64,000 nucleotides of DNA, taken from IMG/VR virus record IMGVR_UViG_3300030376_003448. One strand, 5' to 3'. Made by a program: the position numbers and the translations under genes. Position 1 is the first letter of the stretch, and each line of letters begins with the position of its first letter. Origin of the DNA: an uncultured virus (IMG/VR IMGVR_UViG_3300030376_003448). Lineage: Duplodnaviria > Heunggongvirae > Uroviricota > Caudoviricetes. Shown piece by piece: positions 20,487 to 29,602 of this stretch. The notes beneath the pieces were generated by a model. The model had not been told where the DNA came from and did no database searches. It saw nothing but the letters and a program-made list of their open reading frames with translations.

Positions 20487-21038
20487 ATGATGCAACACCC
20501 AAACTGGCTTCTTTACGAGGAGTTTCTAGATAAAGCCACTTGTGAAAGATGGATAGAGGCTGGTAGACAGACAGAGCCAGAGAAGGCAAAGACCTTTGAT
20601 GGTAACGAGGGTCACAGAAAGACACAGATACGCTGGCTACAGAACAACGACATGTACAGGGAGATGCACGACGTATTCAAGCACATAGCTTTGGATGCCA
20701 ACCAATACTTCCAGACTATGATAACTGTTCTTCCTCCGCTACAGTTTACTGAGTACGCAGATGTCGGACACAAGTATGACATGCACCATGATGTAGATAT
20801 CAACAGACAAGATGGTAGACACAGGAAACTTAGTATTGTCGTACAACTAACCGACCCAGAGCAGTATGAGGGTGGTATTCTTTCCTTCGCACACACACAG
20901 AACCCAGACCCAAAGGCTTTGATAAAGCAGGGTAGTATCATATGTTTCTTATCCTATCTAGAGCATGGCGTTAGCCCTATTACCAAAGGTTCTAGGACTA
21001 GCCTTGTAGGATGGTTTGAAGGACCCAGATGGAGATAA
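20487..21038 (+). CDS. 2OG-Fe(II) oxygenase (prolyl-hydroxylase/PKHD-like)
   Basis: HHD (HxD), RKLSIVVQL, YEGG, distal HGVSP and RTSLVGW 2OG-binding motif. Confidence 0.9.
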   Translation: MMQHPNWLLYEEFLDKATCERWIEAGRQTEPEKAKTFDGNEGHRKTQIRWLQNNDMYREMHDVFKHIALDANQYFQTMITVLPPLQFTEYADVGHKYDMHHDVDINRQDGRHRKLSIVVQLTDPEQYEGGILSFAHTQNPDPKALIKQGSIICFLSYLEHGVSPITKGSRTSLVGWFEGPRWR

Positions 21039-21070
21039 TATCTATATGTCACTTTTACTCATTGTAAAAT

Positions 21071-21433
21071 ATGAGCGATAGCGATGCCTTTGCTAATTTT
21101 TTCTTCGCCGTAGTGGTACTAGGTTTGTTCCTATCCTTTGGCTCAATACCCTCTACTCCTCCCGGTACAATGATAGACCCGACATCTTGCTATGAGATAG
21201 AGGGTACTGTTCTACACAAAGACATAACCCAGCATGGTAATAGAATATGGGTAGAGTTGTACTACAAAGAAGAAACAAACGGGTACATAGTATATGTGTC
21301 TAACAAGACATACAACAAGTATGATGTTGGTTACACATATGAGGAGTGGACTTGTGACCTTATCCAGTATGTTTCATATCAAGATACAATAGATGAGCTT
21401 ATAGAGTTTGGATTATTGTTACCATCCTCTTAA
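21071..21433 (+). CDS. membrane-anchored hypothetical protein
   Basis: N-terminal TM helix, beta-rich domain. Confidence 0.6.
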   Translation: MSDSDAFANFFFAVVVLGLFLSFGSIPSTPPGTMIDPTSCYEIEGTVLHKDITQHGNRIWVELYYKEETNGYIVYVSNKTYNKYDVGYTYEEWTCDLIQYVSYQDTIDELIEFGLLLPSS

Positions 21434-21458
21434 GTATAACTTATGGTTTAGTCGAGTT

Positions 21459-21641
21459 GTGTCTGAGGAACGGATAAAACGCAAAGGTAAAATTGTGTAT
21501 AAACCGCCAGAAAAATCATATACTAATGTGAACATTGAAGAAACACCTCATGGGTTCAAGGTATATCGGGTAGGAGCAACGAAACCTTTTAGCGTCATTC
21601 CATTTTCCGCAGTAACACAGATAATATACGAGCGTGAATAA
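21459..21641 (+). CDS. small hypothetical protein (GTG start assumed)
   Basis: ORF open 21408-21641, overlaps next gene. Confidence 0.5.
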   Translation: MSEERIKRKGKIVYKPPEKSYTNVNIEETPHGFKVYRVGATKPFSVIPFSAVTQIIYERE

Positions 21642-22032
21642 AATGAGTGGAAATAATACGACGGCAGATATTTGCTATAATGCACTAAACGAAACCATAG
21701 AATGCGTAGCCGAGTCATCATCAATACTAGATGACATAGAGGTTGTACTGCTTGCAGTAGCCGCACTTCTTGGTATTGCTGCATGGGCCAAACAAAAGTA
21801 TGCTAAGATGATGGAAGACGGGGAGATTTCCCTTGATGAAGTCATTGATTCTATGGGCGAGGTAAAGGAAAAGGTTGCAGAGGCAAAAGAAGAAGTAGAG
21901 AAGATTGAGAAGACTCTTGACTCTCACAATGTTGCCGAGCTAAAAGCTATGCTAAAGGAAGCAGGTCTTTCTGTTAGCGGTAAGAAAGCTGACCTTGTTG
22001 CCCGCCTAGAGGCATACAAGGATGGCGAGTAA
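21634..22032 (+). CDS. membrane protein with C-terminal SAP/HeH domain
   Basis: TM VVLLAVAALLGIAAWA; SAP signature NVAELKAMLKEAGLSVSGKKADLVARL. Confidence 0.75.
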   Translation: MNKMSGNNTTADICYNALNETIECVAESSSILDDIEVVLLAVAALLGIAAWAKQKYAKMMEDGEISLDEVIDSMGEVKEKVAEAKEEVEKIEKTLDSHNVAELKAMLKEAGLSVSGKKADLVARLEAYKDGE

Positions 22033-22272
22033 GTGACTAATGTAACTGACATACGATTAGATAACTTGGAGCAGACTGCCGAAAGGCATGAACGACTTAT
22101 TGAACAAGTAGTACAATCGCAGATAGACATGAAGACCGGTCTTACTAAGGTTGCTACGGAGTTAGAAATAACTAATGGTTTGATAGGTTCCTACATGGCT
22201 AACATGCAAAAGATTATCTTTACATTAATAGCAGTAGTGGCCGGAGCTATGGGTCTTTCTACTCAGATGTGA
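22033..22272 (+). CDS. coiled-coil protein with C-terminal TM (XhlA/holin-like architecture)
   Basis: RLDNLE...coiled coil then IIFTLIAVVAGAMGL. Confidence 0.6.
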   Translation: MTNVTDIRLDNLEQTAERHERLIEQVVQSQIDMKTGLTKVATELEITNGLIGSYMANMQKIIFTLIAVVAGAMGLSTQM

Positions 22273-22276
22273 TATT

Positions 22277-22435
22277 GTGGATGCAGATGACTGGTATAGA
22301 TGGTGTACTGACATAACAGTGCGTGTGCAAAATGTTGAAAAGTCACTCTTGAAATATAACAACTTGCAGAAGCGTATGCTTTATGTTATGATTACAGGTT
22401 TTTTGGTGGTTTTGAGTTATGGCATCTTATTGTAG
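22277..22435 (+). CDS. 52 aa coiled-coil plus TM protein
   Basis: GTG-start ORF MDADDWYRW...MLYVMITGFLVVLSYGILL fills the gap between neighbours. Confidence 0.5.
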   Translation: MDADDWYRWCTDITVRVQNVEKSLLKYNNLQKRMLYVMITGFLVVLSYGILL

Positions 22436-22949
22436 TAGTGCTGATGTTGGGTCCAGATTGGGCCTAAATAGCGCACAGAGAACGCAAGCATCCTCCCGTT
22501 TAACAACAGGTATTCGCAGGGCTTCTATAGATATAGACCAGATGTTCAGAGATTATGGTAGAGATGTACCATCTAAGAGTATAGCTGAATCTACTACCAC
22601 AGGTACTCTTAGTGCCGGAGGCACATCTATAGCACTGGCAGACTCCTCTGCTTTCAGCACTATAGGAAACGGTAATGTTGATGGTGATTCTTTTGTGTGG
22701 ACTGGTAACAGTGCTAACACTTTGACAGGGGTAACTGGTCTTAGCCATGACCATGCTTCGGGTGTAACAGTACAGGAAGGAGAGATGGCTCATGTATTGA
22801 GAGAGATATGCGCTGACTTGTCTGCGGCTTACTATATGGAAGATGAAGGAACCTTTCAAAACACAGGCGGGTCAGAACGTGGGTCCACACTAAGGGAACG
22901 TGGTGAGTTTAACCTAAAACGATTGGCTCACTTGGGTAGTGTGGATTAG
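22419..22949 (+). CDS. head-tail connector/adaptor-like protein
   Basis: N-terminal YCS.ADV..RL and LREICADLSA motif typical of neck adaptors. Confidence 0.6.
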   Translation: MASYCSSADVGSRLGLNSAQRTQASSRLTTGIRRASIDIDQMFRDYGRDVPSKSIAESTTTGTLSAGGTSIALADSSAFSTIGNGNVDGDSFVWTGNSANTLTGVTGLSHDHASGVTVQEGEMAHVLREICADLSAAYYMEDEGTFQNTGGSERGSTLRERGEFNLKRLAHLGSVD

Positions 22950-22957
22950 GTGGGATA

Positions 22958-23656
22958 ATGGCTACAAAATCACTTAATTATGTAAGGGTTCCTTATACAC
23001 ACCCCGGATTTCCCGATATAGATATTGATGGTCCAGTAGAAGTATTTAGAAAAAATGCAAAAGAAATGCTAGATGAAGCTAGTTTTGAACTAGACAGACA
23101 TGTACAGACATTAAGAGTAAAGAATGGTCCACAAGGCTCCCAATTGAGAAAAAGAAGGAATGCCGTAAGAGCAAAAAAAAGTAGGGACTCTAACATAGAC
23201 TTTGAATTTTTCTTTGATAGGGCCGCTTATGAAACTTTATCTAGAGAAATAAGAGATAACCTAGCATCACACTTTGATTCGTTTATTGGTGATGTTGTTT
23301 TAGAAAAGGCAAGGAAAGACGCTAGTGATAAGATAAGCAATATGGAAAGACGTTTCAAAGGTAAACTCAATCCTACTGAACCAGCAGATGGTGACTTTTA
23401 TGAAACTATAGCTGAATCTTTGGAATTCACAAAGGGTGATGTAGGCACTAGGCAACCTAACCAGTTTACTCATTACTCTGCTGGTTCGTTTGATGATTCG
23501 GGTAAACTTAGCGGTGTTACCGGTAGTAGGGGAGCTAACCTAATAGAGTTAATAGGTACGGGTCCGTATGAACAATTCTTTAGCCCCTTTGGTGGTACGA
23601 AAAGACTTGGGAAGGGTACTGTCTTTCAGATAATGGGTAACTTAAAGGGGCAATAA
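22958..23656 (+). CDS. putative neck/tail completion protein
   Basis: 232 aa between adaptor and tail genes; positional. Confidence 0.45.
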   Translation: MATKSLNYVRVPYTHPGFPDIDIDGPVEVFRKNAKEMLDEASFELDRHVQTLRVKNGPQGSQLRKRRNAVRAKKSRDSNIDFEFFFDRAAYETLSREIRDNLASHFDSFIGDVVLEKARKDASDKISNMERRFKGKLNPTEPADGDFYETIAESLEFTKGDVGTRQPNQFTHYSAGSFDDSGKLSGVTGSRGANLIELIGTGPYEQFFSPFGGTKRLGKGTVFQIMGNLKGQ

Positions 23657-23657
23657 T

Positions 23658-24719
23658 ATGGCAGTAGCTACGAAGACACAGTATTGGGAAAGTAGAATGA
23701 TGGGTGAAAACCCTGCGTCTTTGACTGGTACATTCAACGATGCTTGGACTACTGCTGCCGGTGGTGGTACTGCTACTGATGGTAGGTGGGTTATCACCAA
23801 TGGTGTGTATAACATAACCCCAACTACTAATGACTACACTCTTGTAGCCTGTATTGAGTACACTACTGCCCCCGATGCTGGTGAGGTTCTTATGCGGTTG
23901 GATAACGGCACACATAGAGTAGAGATAAAATCTACAGGTAACTCTACTTCCCTATCCTTAGTCGGAAGTAGTACCGTAGCCATAAGCAATCTTGATTTAT
24001 CTCTGGCGGAAGACAACCCAGTAGCTACTATTATTAGGCTAACTTTAAATTCATCTGGTGCGGCCAAAGCATATGTGCATGAGATAATAGAGGATGACGA
24101 CGGTACTGCCGTTTCCTATAGTGTTACAGGCACGTCTGGGTCCGGTAAGGACGTTAGGTGGGGTAACACTACCGGGAACGTAAAGTGGGCCTCTGTACAC
24201 TACTCCTCGTTTGGTGTTTTCACGCCGGAGGAACTTCTTTTATCTGACTTTGCACAAGATACGCTTGCCCGTATGGGTATTGGTATAGTAGAACAAATTA
24301 AAAATAGTGCAAGACCATACCTAAAAACACAGGTAGCTGATTCATCTATTGTTTATGGGTATGATATCTCATCACAAATGCTAAACAGACTGGCAACCCC
24401 TACTGTACATGTTCTAGTTGAGCAGTTGTCTTCGCCATCGTTTGAGTCTTTGGGTGGTGCTAAGATAACACAAGAGTATGATGTTAGGGTGTTTATTACG
24501 GTCAAGGGTACAAACTATGAAAACTCCTACCGTTCTTGTTTAAATATTATGGGTGAGGTATTCGATGAGCTATACACCAACACAGGTGTACAGGGTACAA
24601 CTGATAGTATAATATCTTATCAAGCCCAGTTAGATTCTAAGATGGATAATGATGAAACAGTGTGCGTACATGTGCTAACCCTTACATATATGCGTAGAAT
24701 TGATATGCGTCACCGATAA
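23658..24719 (+). CDS. tail terminator-like protein with N-terminal beta domain
   Basis: immediately upstream of tail tube; C-terminal P.VHV...YDVRVFI pattern. Confidence 0.5.
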   Translation: MAVATKTQYWESRMMGENPASLTGTFNDAWTTAAGGGTATDGRWVITNGVYNITPTTNDYTLVACIEYTTAPDAGEVLMRLDNGTHRVEIKSTGNSTSLSLVGSSTVAISNLDLSLAEDNPVATIIRLTLNSSGAAKAYVHEIIEDDDGTAVSYSVTGTSGSGKDVRWGNTTGNVKWASVHYSSFGVFTPEELLLSDFAQDTLARMGIGIVEQIKNSARPYLKTQVADSSIVYGYDISSQMLNRLATPTVHVLVEQLSSPSFESLGGAKITQEYDVRVFITVKGTNYENSYRSCLNIMGEVFDELYTNTGVQGTTDSIISYQAQLDSKMDNDETVCVHVLTLTYMRRIDMRHR

Positions 24720-24770
24720 GAATGTTAATAAGTCACACCATCCGTAGAACAATCACATAGAGGTGTAACT

Positions 24771-25817
24771 ATGGTAGAGTTTCTAAACAGATATGTGTCA
24801 ATACAAAAAGAAGCATCCTACGGAACCGAGCCAACCGCAGGTACAGGCAACGGGGAAGTATTCGGAGAAGTAGATAGCGAATCGTTTGCTACAACTTATG
24901 ACTTACTAACTAGAGCAGATATTTCAAGACCTATAGCGGCAAAGTCCGTTACTAGCACTGAGCGTTCAGAAGGAGATGTTTCTCTAGCAGTACAGGTAGA
25001 TGATTTCGTAGGCAACATGCTTTACGCTTTCTTTCCACAAGACACATACAGTAACCCAAGCGGTTCAATTAACAAGCACGTTCTAACTGAGCCTTCTCTA
25101 ACATCAGCAAGCGCAGGTGTTTACCCATCATTTACTATCCGTGTAGGTAGAGAGGAAAAGGAACACACATACACAGGTATGATGGCTAATACTCTAAGCA
25201 TCAGCGCAAACGTCGGTGAGTACGTAATGATGAGTGTCGGATTCTTGGGTAAGTCTGAGTCAGCAACCGCCGCACTAGCGACCGCAACATTTGATGGAGC
25301 CGCATTAGACGCACTTCACTTTGCTGATGGAACAGTTAAGTTTGATGATGGTACAAGTAGCGCACCAGCCGCATCAGCAAGCGTTAAGTCAATTTCTTTT
25401 GAGGTAAATCTAAACAGAGATACTGACAACGCATACGCTATCGGTAGCTCTACATATGGTCGTGCGCCACCAGCACAACGCAGAGAGATAAGTGGTACAA
25501 TAGAGTTTAACAAGGTTCTCTATGGCGACCAATCTCTTGATGAGCCAGACTATGACCAGCTAGTAGCAGCCGATGGTCTTGAGTACAACGACGGTACAGA
25601 TGCAGTTATGACACTAAAATTCCTCGATGAAGCCGGAGCAGACTACATAGAGATAGAATTCTTCAAGCTAAGATTTGAAGCACCTACCGCTAGTGTTAGT
25701 GGTAGAGATACCAACACAATGAGTGTAGGGTTTGTTGGTCTTTATGATGATAACCTAGGCGGTATGAGGGTAACTGTAGAAGGACTTACGGTTTCCAACG
25801 CACAATACGACGCATGA
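24771..25817 (+). CDS. major tail tube protein
   Basis: KEASYGTEP N-terminus, PSFTIRVG, YTGM..NTLSIS, REISGTIEF motifs of siphoviral tube proteins. Confidence 0.8.
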   Translation: MVEFLNRYVSIQKEASYGTEPTAGTGNGEVFGEVDSESFATTYDLLTRADISRPIAAKSVTSTERSEGDVSLAVQVDDFVGNMLYAFFPQDTYSNPSGSINKHVLTEPSLTSASAGVYPSFTIRVGREEKEHTYTGMMANTLSISANVGEYVMMSVGFLGKSESATAALATATFDGAALDALHFADGTVKFDDGTSSAPAASASVKSISFEVNLNRDTDNAYAIGSSTYGRAPPAQRREISGTIEFNKVLYGDQSLDEPDYDQLVAADGLEYNDGTDAVMTLKFLDEAGADYIEIEFFKLRFEAPTASVSGRDTNTMSVGFVGLYDDNLGGMRVTVEGLTVSNAQYDA

Positions 25818-25826
25818 GGTGGTTAG

Positions 25827-26012
25827 TTGTACGAAGACTTAGCAAAGGATTACGACTTGGATGAGGTTTCACTAGAAATCTTGAAAGCACAAGGGTCAAA
25901 GAGTCAAGCACTAAAGTACCTTAGAAGATTTCCTAAGAAGGTAGTTAAGAAAGTAGCACCAAAGGTAGCACCAAAAGCAGCTCCTAAGATAGTAAAGAAG
26001 GAAGAAGAATAA
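25827..26012 (+). CDS. small protein with KVAP repeats
   Basis: 61 aa, GAGGTG SD, TTG start. Confidence 0.5.
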   Translation: MYEDLAKDYDLDEVSLEILKAQGSKSQALKYLRRFPKKVVKKVAPKVAPKAAPKIVKKEEE

Positions 26013-26065
26013 CAAATTCCTTAAATATACTATCTAGTATTGGAGATTAGAGTGAGAGTGAAACT

Positions 26066-26416
26066 ATGCCTGTAATGAAAAAGGAAATAGAATTAGATGA
26101 TGGACGAAAGATTTGGGTAAGACAAGCATCCGGTATGGAGCGTCTTAAGATTACCAACATACAGGGTAAGGCATTTAGAAAGATGTCCCACGCTGGCGAC
26201 CCTAGTGATTGGACTGACGAACAGAATGAAGAATTCGTAAATATGTTAGATGAAATGGGTGGCGGTATAGAGCAGCAGATGTCTGCTTGGATTCCTCCCT
26301 GCATTCTTGATGAAGATGTGGATTACAACCTACTTACCTTTGAGGAGTTAAACACTATCCTACAGTTTGTACGTGGCGACGATGAGGAGGGAGTAGTCCC
26401 TTTTCAGAATTCCTAA
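26066..26416 (+). CDS. tail assembly chaperone (gpG-like)
   Basis: acidic 116 aa between tail tube and tape measure; ends in slippery C CCT TTT. Confidence 0.7.
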   Translation: MPVMKKEIELDDGRKIWVRQASGMERLKITNIQGKAFRKMSHAGDPSDWTDEQNEEFVNMLDEMGGGIEQQMSAWIPPCILDEDVDYNLLTFEELNTILQFVRGDDEEGVVPFQNS

Positions 26417-26724
26417 TGGTCGCACCGAGCCTCTGCATGGCCTTTAAGGGAACACTACCGTCTGACCTATGGCTCAAGTATTCGGTAGAAGGTGGTCGTC
26501 ACCTTATGGAAATGGATTTGATTGTAGCTGCAAACATCAATGATAAAATAACTGAAGCTACAAAGGATGCTAAAAATAAAGATGTAAAGGGTATGGTTGC
26601 TAGGCGCAACCAGAAGCGTGAGCAACGCAAACTATTATCAAACAATAATGAGCTACTCGACCTGTTGAGAGAAAGCGGGGTCCCTATAGTGAATGACCCA
26701 AAGAGTAGTGGTGACGGGGAATGA
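26416..26724 (+). CDS. tail assembly chaperone extension (gpT-like, -1 frame)
   Basis: in the -1 frame of the upstream gene and open from the slippery site at 26398. Confidence 0.65.
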   Translation: MVAPSLCMAFKGTLPSDLWLKYSVEGGRHLMEMDLIVAANINDKITEATKDAKNKDVKGMVARRNQKREQRKLLSNNNELLDLLRESGVPIVNDPKSSGDGE

Positions 26725-29594
26725 TACTAGCAGATAGTCTTATTTTTTCTTTTACCCCATTAGTATTATTCGCTTGTGCGGTAGCTATGATAGTGCTTCG
26801 TGCAGGTGCTTCAAGAATATTCTTCGACATCGTAGGTACGATGCAAGCTGAAAAACTAATCAAGGATTCTAAAGCAAACGCTACCATTATGGAAGCTCTT
26901 TATCTAGATGCTTTAGCTGGAATACAAGAAGGCTTCATGGAGTTAGGTGCTGGTTTCAGTGCTATGATGGATGACGTAATACCTATAGGAAAAGAAATAG
27001 GTGAGGCTGCTAGGCAGTTTGAAAAATTCGTAAGCACAGGAGAAGATATAGACGAGTTAAATGCACAAGTTATTGACATAGGACACTCATTTGGTTTTTC
27101 AGCAGACCAAGCCTTTGATGCTGCTGCTAAAATGGCGCAACTAGCGGGTGTTCTAGGACCCGGTTCTACTGCCACTGGTACTGAAGTTGGTATGGCTTTT
27201 GGTATGATTTCTGGTATGTCTACAGAGGCGGCTATGCAGAGGATGGTGAATCTTCAGCAACAGACTGGGTTTATGACAAAGGGTATAGATGAAAACACTA
27301 GTGCTACTATAAGAAACAATATGATACGTGAGAATAGCTTCCGTATTATGGACCAACTAAACTCAATTGAGAATACTTCGGTTGCTACAATGTCCCAACT
27401 TACTTTCGTCATGAATCAATTCGCCGCACAAGCTAATCTTGCTGGTGAAAGTATAGCAAGTATGGCTGCTATGTCTGCGGTTCTTGTTGAATCTGGTGAG
27501 GAACAAGGTAAGGCTGGTAGAGCTTTGCGTATGATATATGCTAGGTTAGGTGCTGATACGGGTGGTGCTAGAAAGGCATTGGAAGAATTAGGAGTTGCCG
27601 TTGTAGACGCTGAAACTGGTGCTTTGCGTCCACTTTCAGATGTGCTTGTTGATTTACAACCTGCATATCAAAACATGACTGGCGAGCAAAAACAAAACCT
27701 AGCGCAAACTGTAGCTGGTAACGTGCATTATACCAGACTGATAAAACTACTTGAGGGTACAAGTAGAATGCAAGATTTACATACTGAAGCTATGGTAGGT
27801 GCATTCCCAGCTCAAGAAGAAATAAACAGGCTTCAAGAAACTAACCTATTTAATTTAGAGCAGATGGAAAACAAGTTAAAAACAGTTAAGGGCGTATTAG
27901 GAAATGAGCTTATGCCAACTATGACTGAAAGTACAAAGACACAGATGGTATTTTTCGATACAATAGCTCAAGCGGCACATCATGATGGTGCATTGTTTAG
28001 TCTAGGCAAAGCACTAAGTATTACTACTAACGGATTTTTTAGGTTAGCTGAAGTGATGCGTAGTATAGTGGGTCCCTTTGCACAACAGATACTTTCGGTT
28101 ATGCACTTGAGAATAGCCACTGAAACACTTCATCACGTAAGACGTGCTATGAATAAGGAGGATATGTTTCATACACTCACAAGGAAAGCTGAAACTCAAG
28201 AGATACAAAGACAAGCTGGTATAGTTAAAAATAGTTTGTTACCTGTAACCAAAGAAGAATTTGAAAGCAGAAAGAAAACAGTACGAGAATATGAAAGACA
28301 GATAGCGGTTCTCAAAAGAAAGAATCAATTGACTGACCAAGAAAAAGATAGGTTAAAAATGTTAATCAGATTAAAGCGAGAACACAGAATGGATATCTCA
28401 AATGCTACAGTAGCAACACAGGAACATGCTCTCGCTATGCAAGCCGCCGGAAACGCTACTAATCTATTTAGTATGGGTCTTGGTGTAGCTGGTACTAGCT
28501 TGATGGCCTTTGGTGGCTCGCAAAGAATGATAAGAACAGGTATGGTTCTGAATACCTTTGCTATGATAATACAAACTGCAAAACTAGCGGCTTCTACTTT
28601 AGCAACCACAATGGATAGTATAGCTAAAGCAAAAAATACAGGAATAACTATGGCTCAAGCGACTGCCGCTCAATTTGCGGCGATAAGTAATACGGCACTA
28701 GGTACTTCTTTCTTTTTCTCAGCGGGTGGTGCAAAAGCTCTATTGACGAGCTTAGGTCCTATAAGCCTAGTGTTATTAGCTTTAGGTGGTATAGCACATC
28801 ATATTGCTGGTAGATTTGATGATGTGAACAACACTATTGATGATACAAATAATTTATTTACTGATATGGCTGGTACAATAGATATAGTAAATACTATGAG
28901 TATGGATGAAATACAAGCAAGTATTGACGCCGCAGACGCATCTATAAACAACATAAAGGAATCAGAAGACTCTCTTACTAAAGCAATACTAGATGGCCAT
29001 GAAGCCGAAAAGAAAAGATTTGAAGATGCTAAAAAGATGAAAATACTACAAAGCCCAGAAGCTAAAAATTTAGCTTTACTTATGGATGAGGCAAATAAAC
29101 TGTCTGATGAAAAAGGTCACATATTTTTCTTTACGGCTGAAGGAATAAAAAGAGGTAAAAGTAAAAGAGATAAGGCATTTGATAATTTAGAAGATGAATA
29201 TGGTAATTTGTTTAATACCTTAGATGATATGGGTATTGATTCTTCAGCAGCATTAGCAGAATTCAACATAGCAGGTTTAGAAGGAATGGCTAATAATGTT
29301 GGTGATTTTACAGATAGCATAGGTGGGTCTTTCAGTGAAGCAGAAGATTCCATGCACAGTTTCAACAATGCTAGAGAGGAGTTGTTCTTTGGCTTCTCCT
29401 CCTCTAACCTTACAGGCGACTTAATTAGACAGGTTCAACAACAAGGAGTAGAAAACCTTATTACTAACACAGAGGTAATCATGACTAACAACTTCAACGG
29501 CATGACTGTCCCAGAAGTAGCAGACCAAATTTTAGAGGAGATAGAGAGTAGAGCGAACCTAAGTGGTATATCACTTTCTATGTCGGCGGCATAG
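26721..29594 (+). CDS. tape measure protein
   Basis: 957 aa Ala/Met-rich helical protein; G..AGRALR.IYARL, ALEELGV.V.D..TG.LRPL TP901-type core. Confidence 0.9.
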   Translation: MILADSLIFSFTPLVLFACAVAMIVLRAGASRIFFDIVGTMQAEKLIKDSKANATIMEALYLDALAGIQEGFMELGAGFSAMMDDVIPIGKEIGEAARQFEKFVSTGEDIDELNAQVIDIGHSFGFSADQAFDAAAKMAQLAGVLGPGSTATGTEVGMAFGMISGMSTEAAMQRMVNLQQQTGFMTKGIDENTSATIRNNMIRENSFRIMDQLNSIENTSVATMSQLTFVMNQFAAQANLAGESIASMAAMSAVLVESGEEQGKAGRALRMIYARLGADTGGARKALEELGVAVVDAETGALRPLSDVLVDLQPAYQNMTGEQKQNLAQTVAGNVHYTRLIKLLEGTSRMQDLHTEAMVGAFPAQEEINRLQETNLFNLEQMENKLKTVKGVLGNELMPTMTESTKTQMVFFDTIAQAAHHDGALFSLGKALSITTNGFFRLAEVMRSIVGPFAQQILSVMHLRIATETLHHVRRAMNKEDMFHTLTRKAETQEIQRQAGIVKNSLLPVTKEEFESRKKTVREYERQIAVLKRKNQLTDQEKDRLKMLIRLKREHRMDISNATVATQEHALAMQAAGNATNLFSMGLGVAGTSLMAFGGSQRMIRTGMVLNTFAMIIQTAKLAASTLATTMDSIAKAKNTGITMAQATAAQFAAISNTALGTSFFFSAGGAKALLTSLGPISLVLLALGGIAHHIAGRFDDVNNTIDDTNNLFTDMAGTIDIVNTMSMDEIQASIDAADASINNIKESEDSLTKAILDGHEAEKKRFEDAKKMKILQSPEAKNLALLMDEANKLSDEKGHIFFFTAEGIKRGKSKRDKAFDNLEDEYGNLFNTLDDMGIDSSAALAEFNIAGLEGMANNVGDFTDSIGGSFSEAEDSMHSFNNAREELFFGFSSSNLTGDLIRQVQQQGVENLITNTEVIMTNNFNGMTVPEVADQILEEIESRANLSGISLSMSAA

Positions 29595-29602
29595 GTGAGT
29601 AA

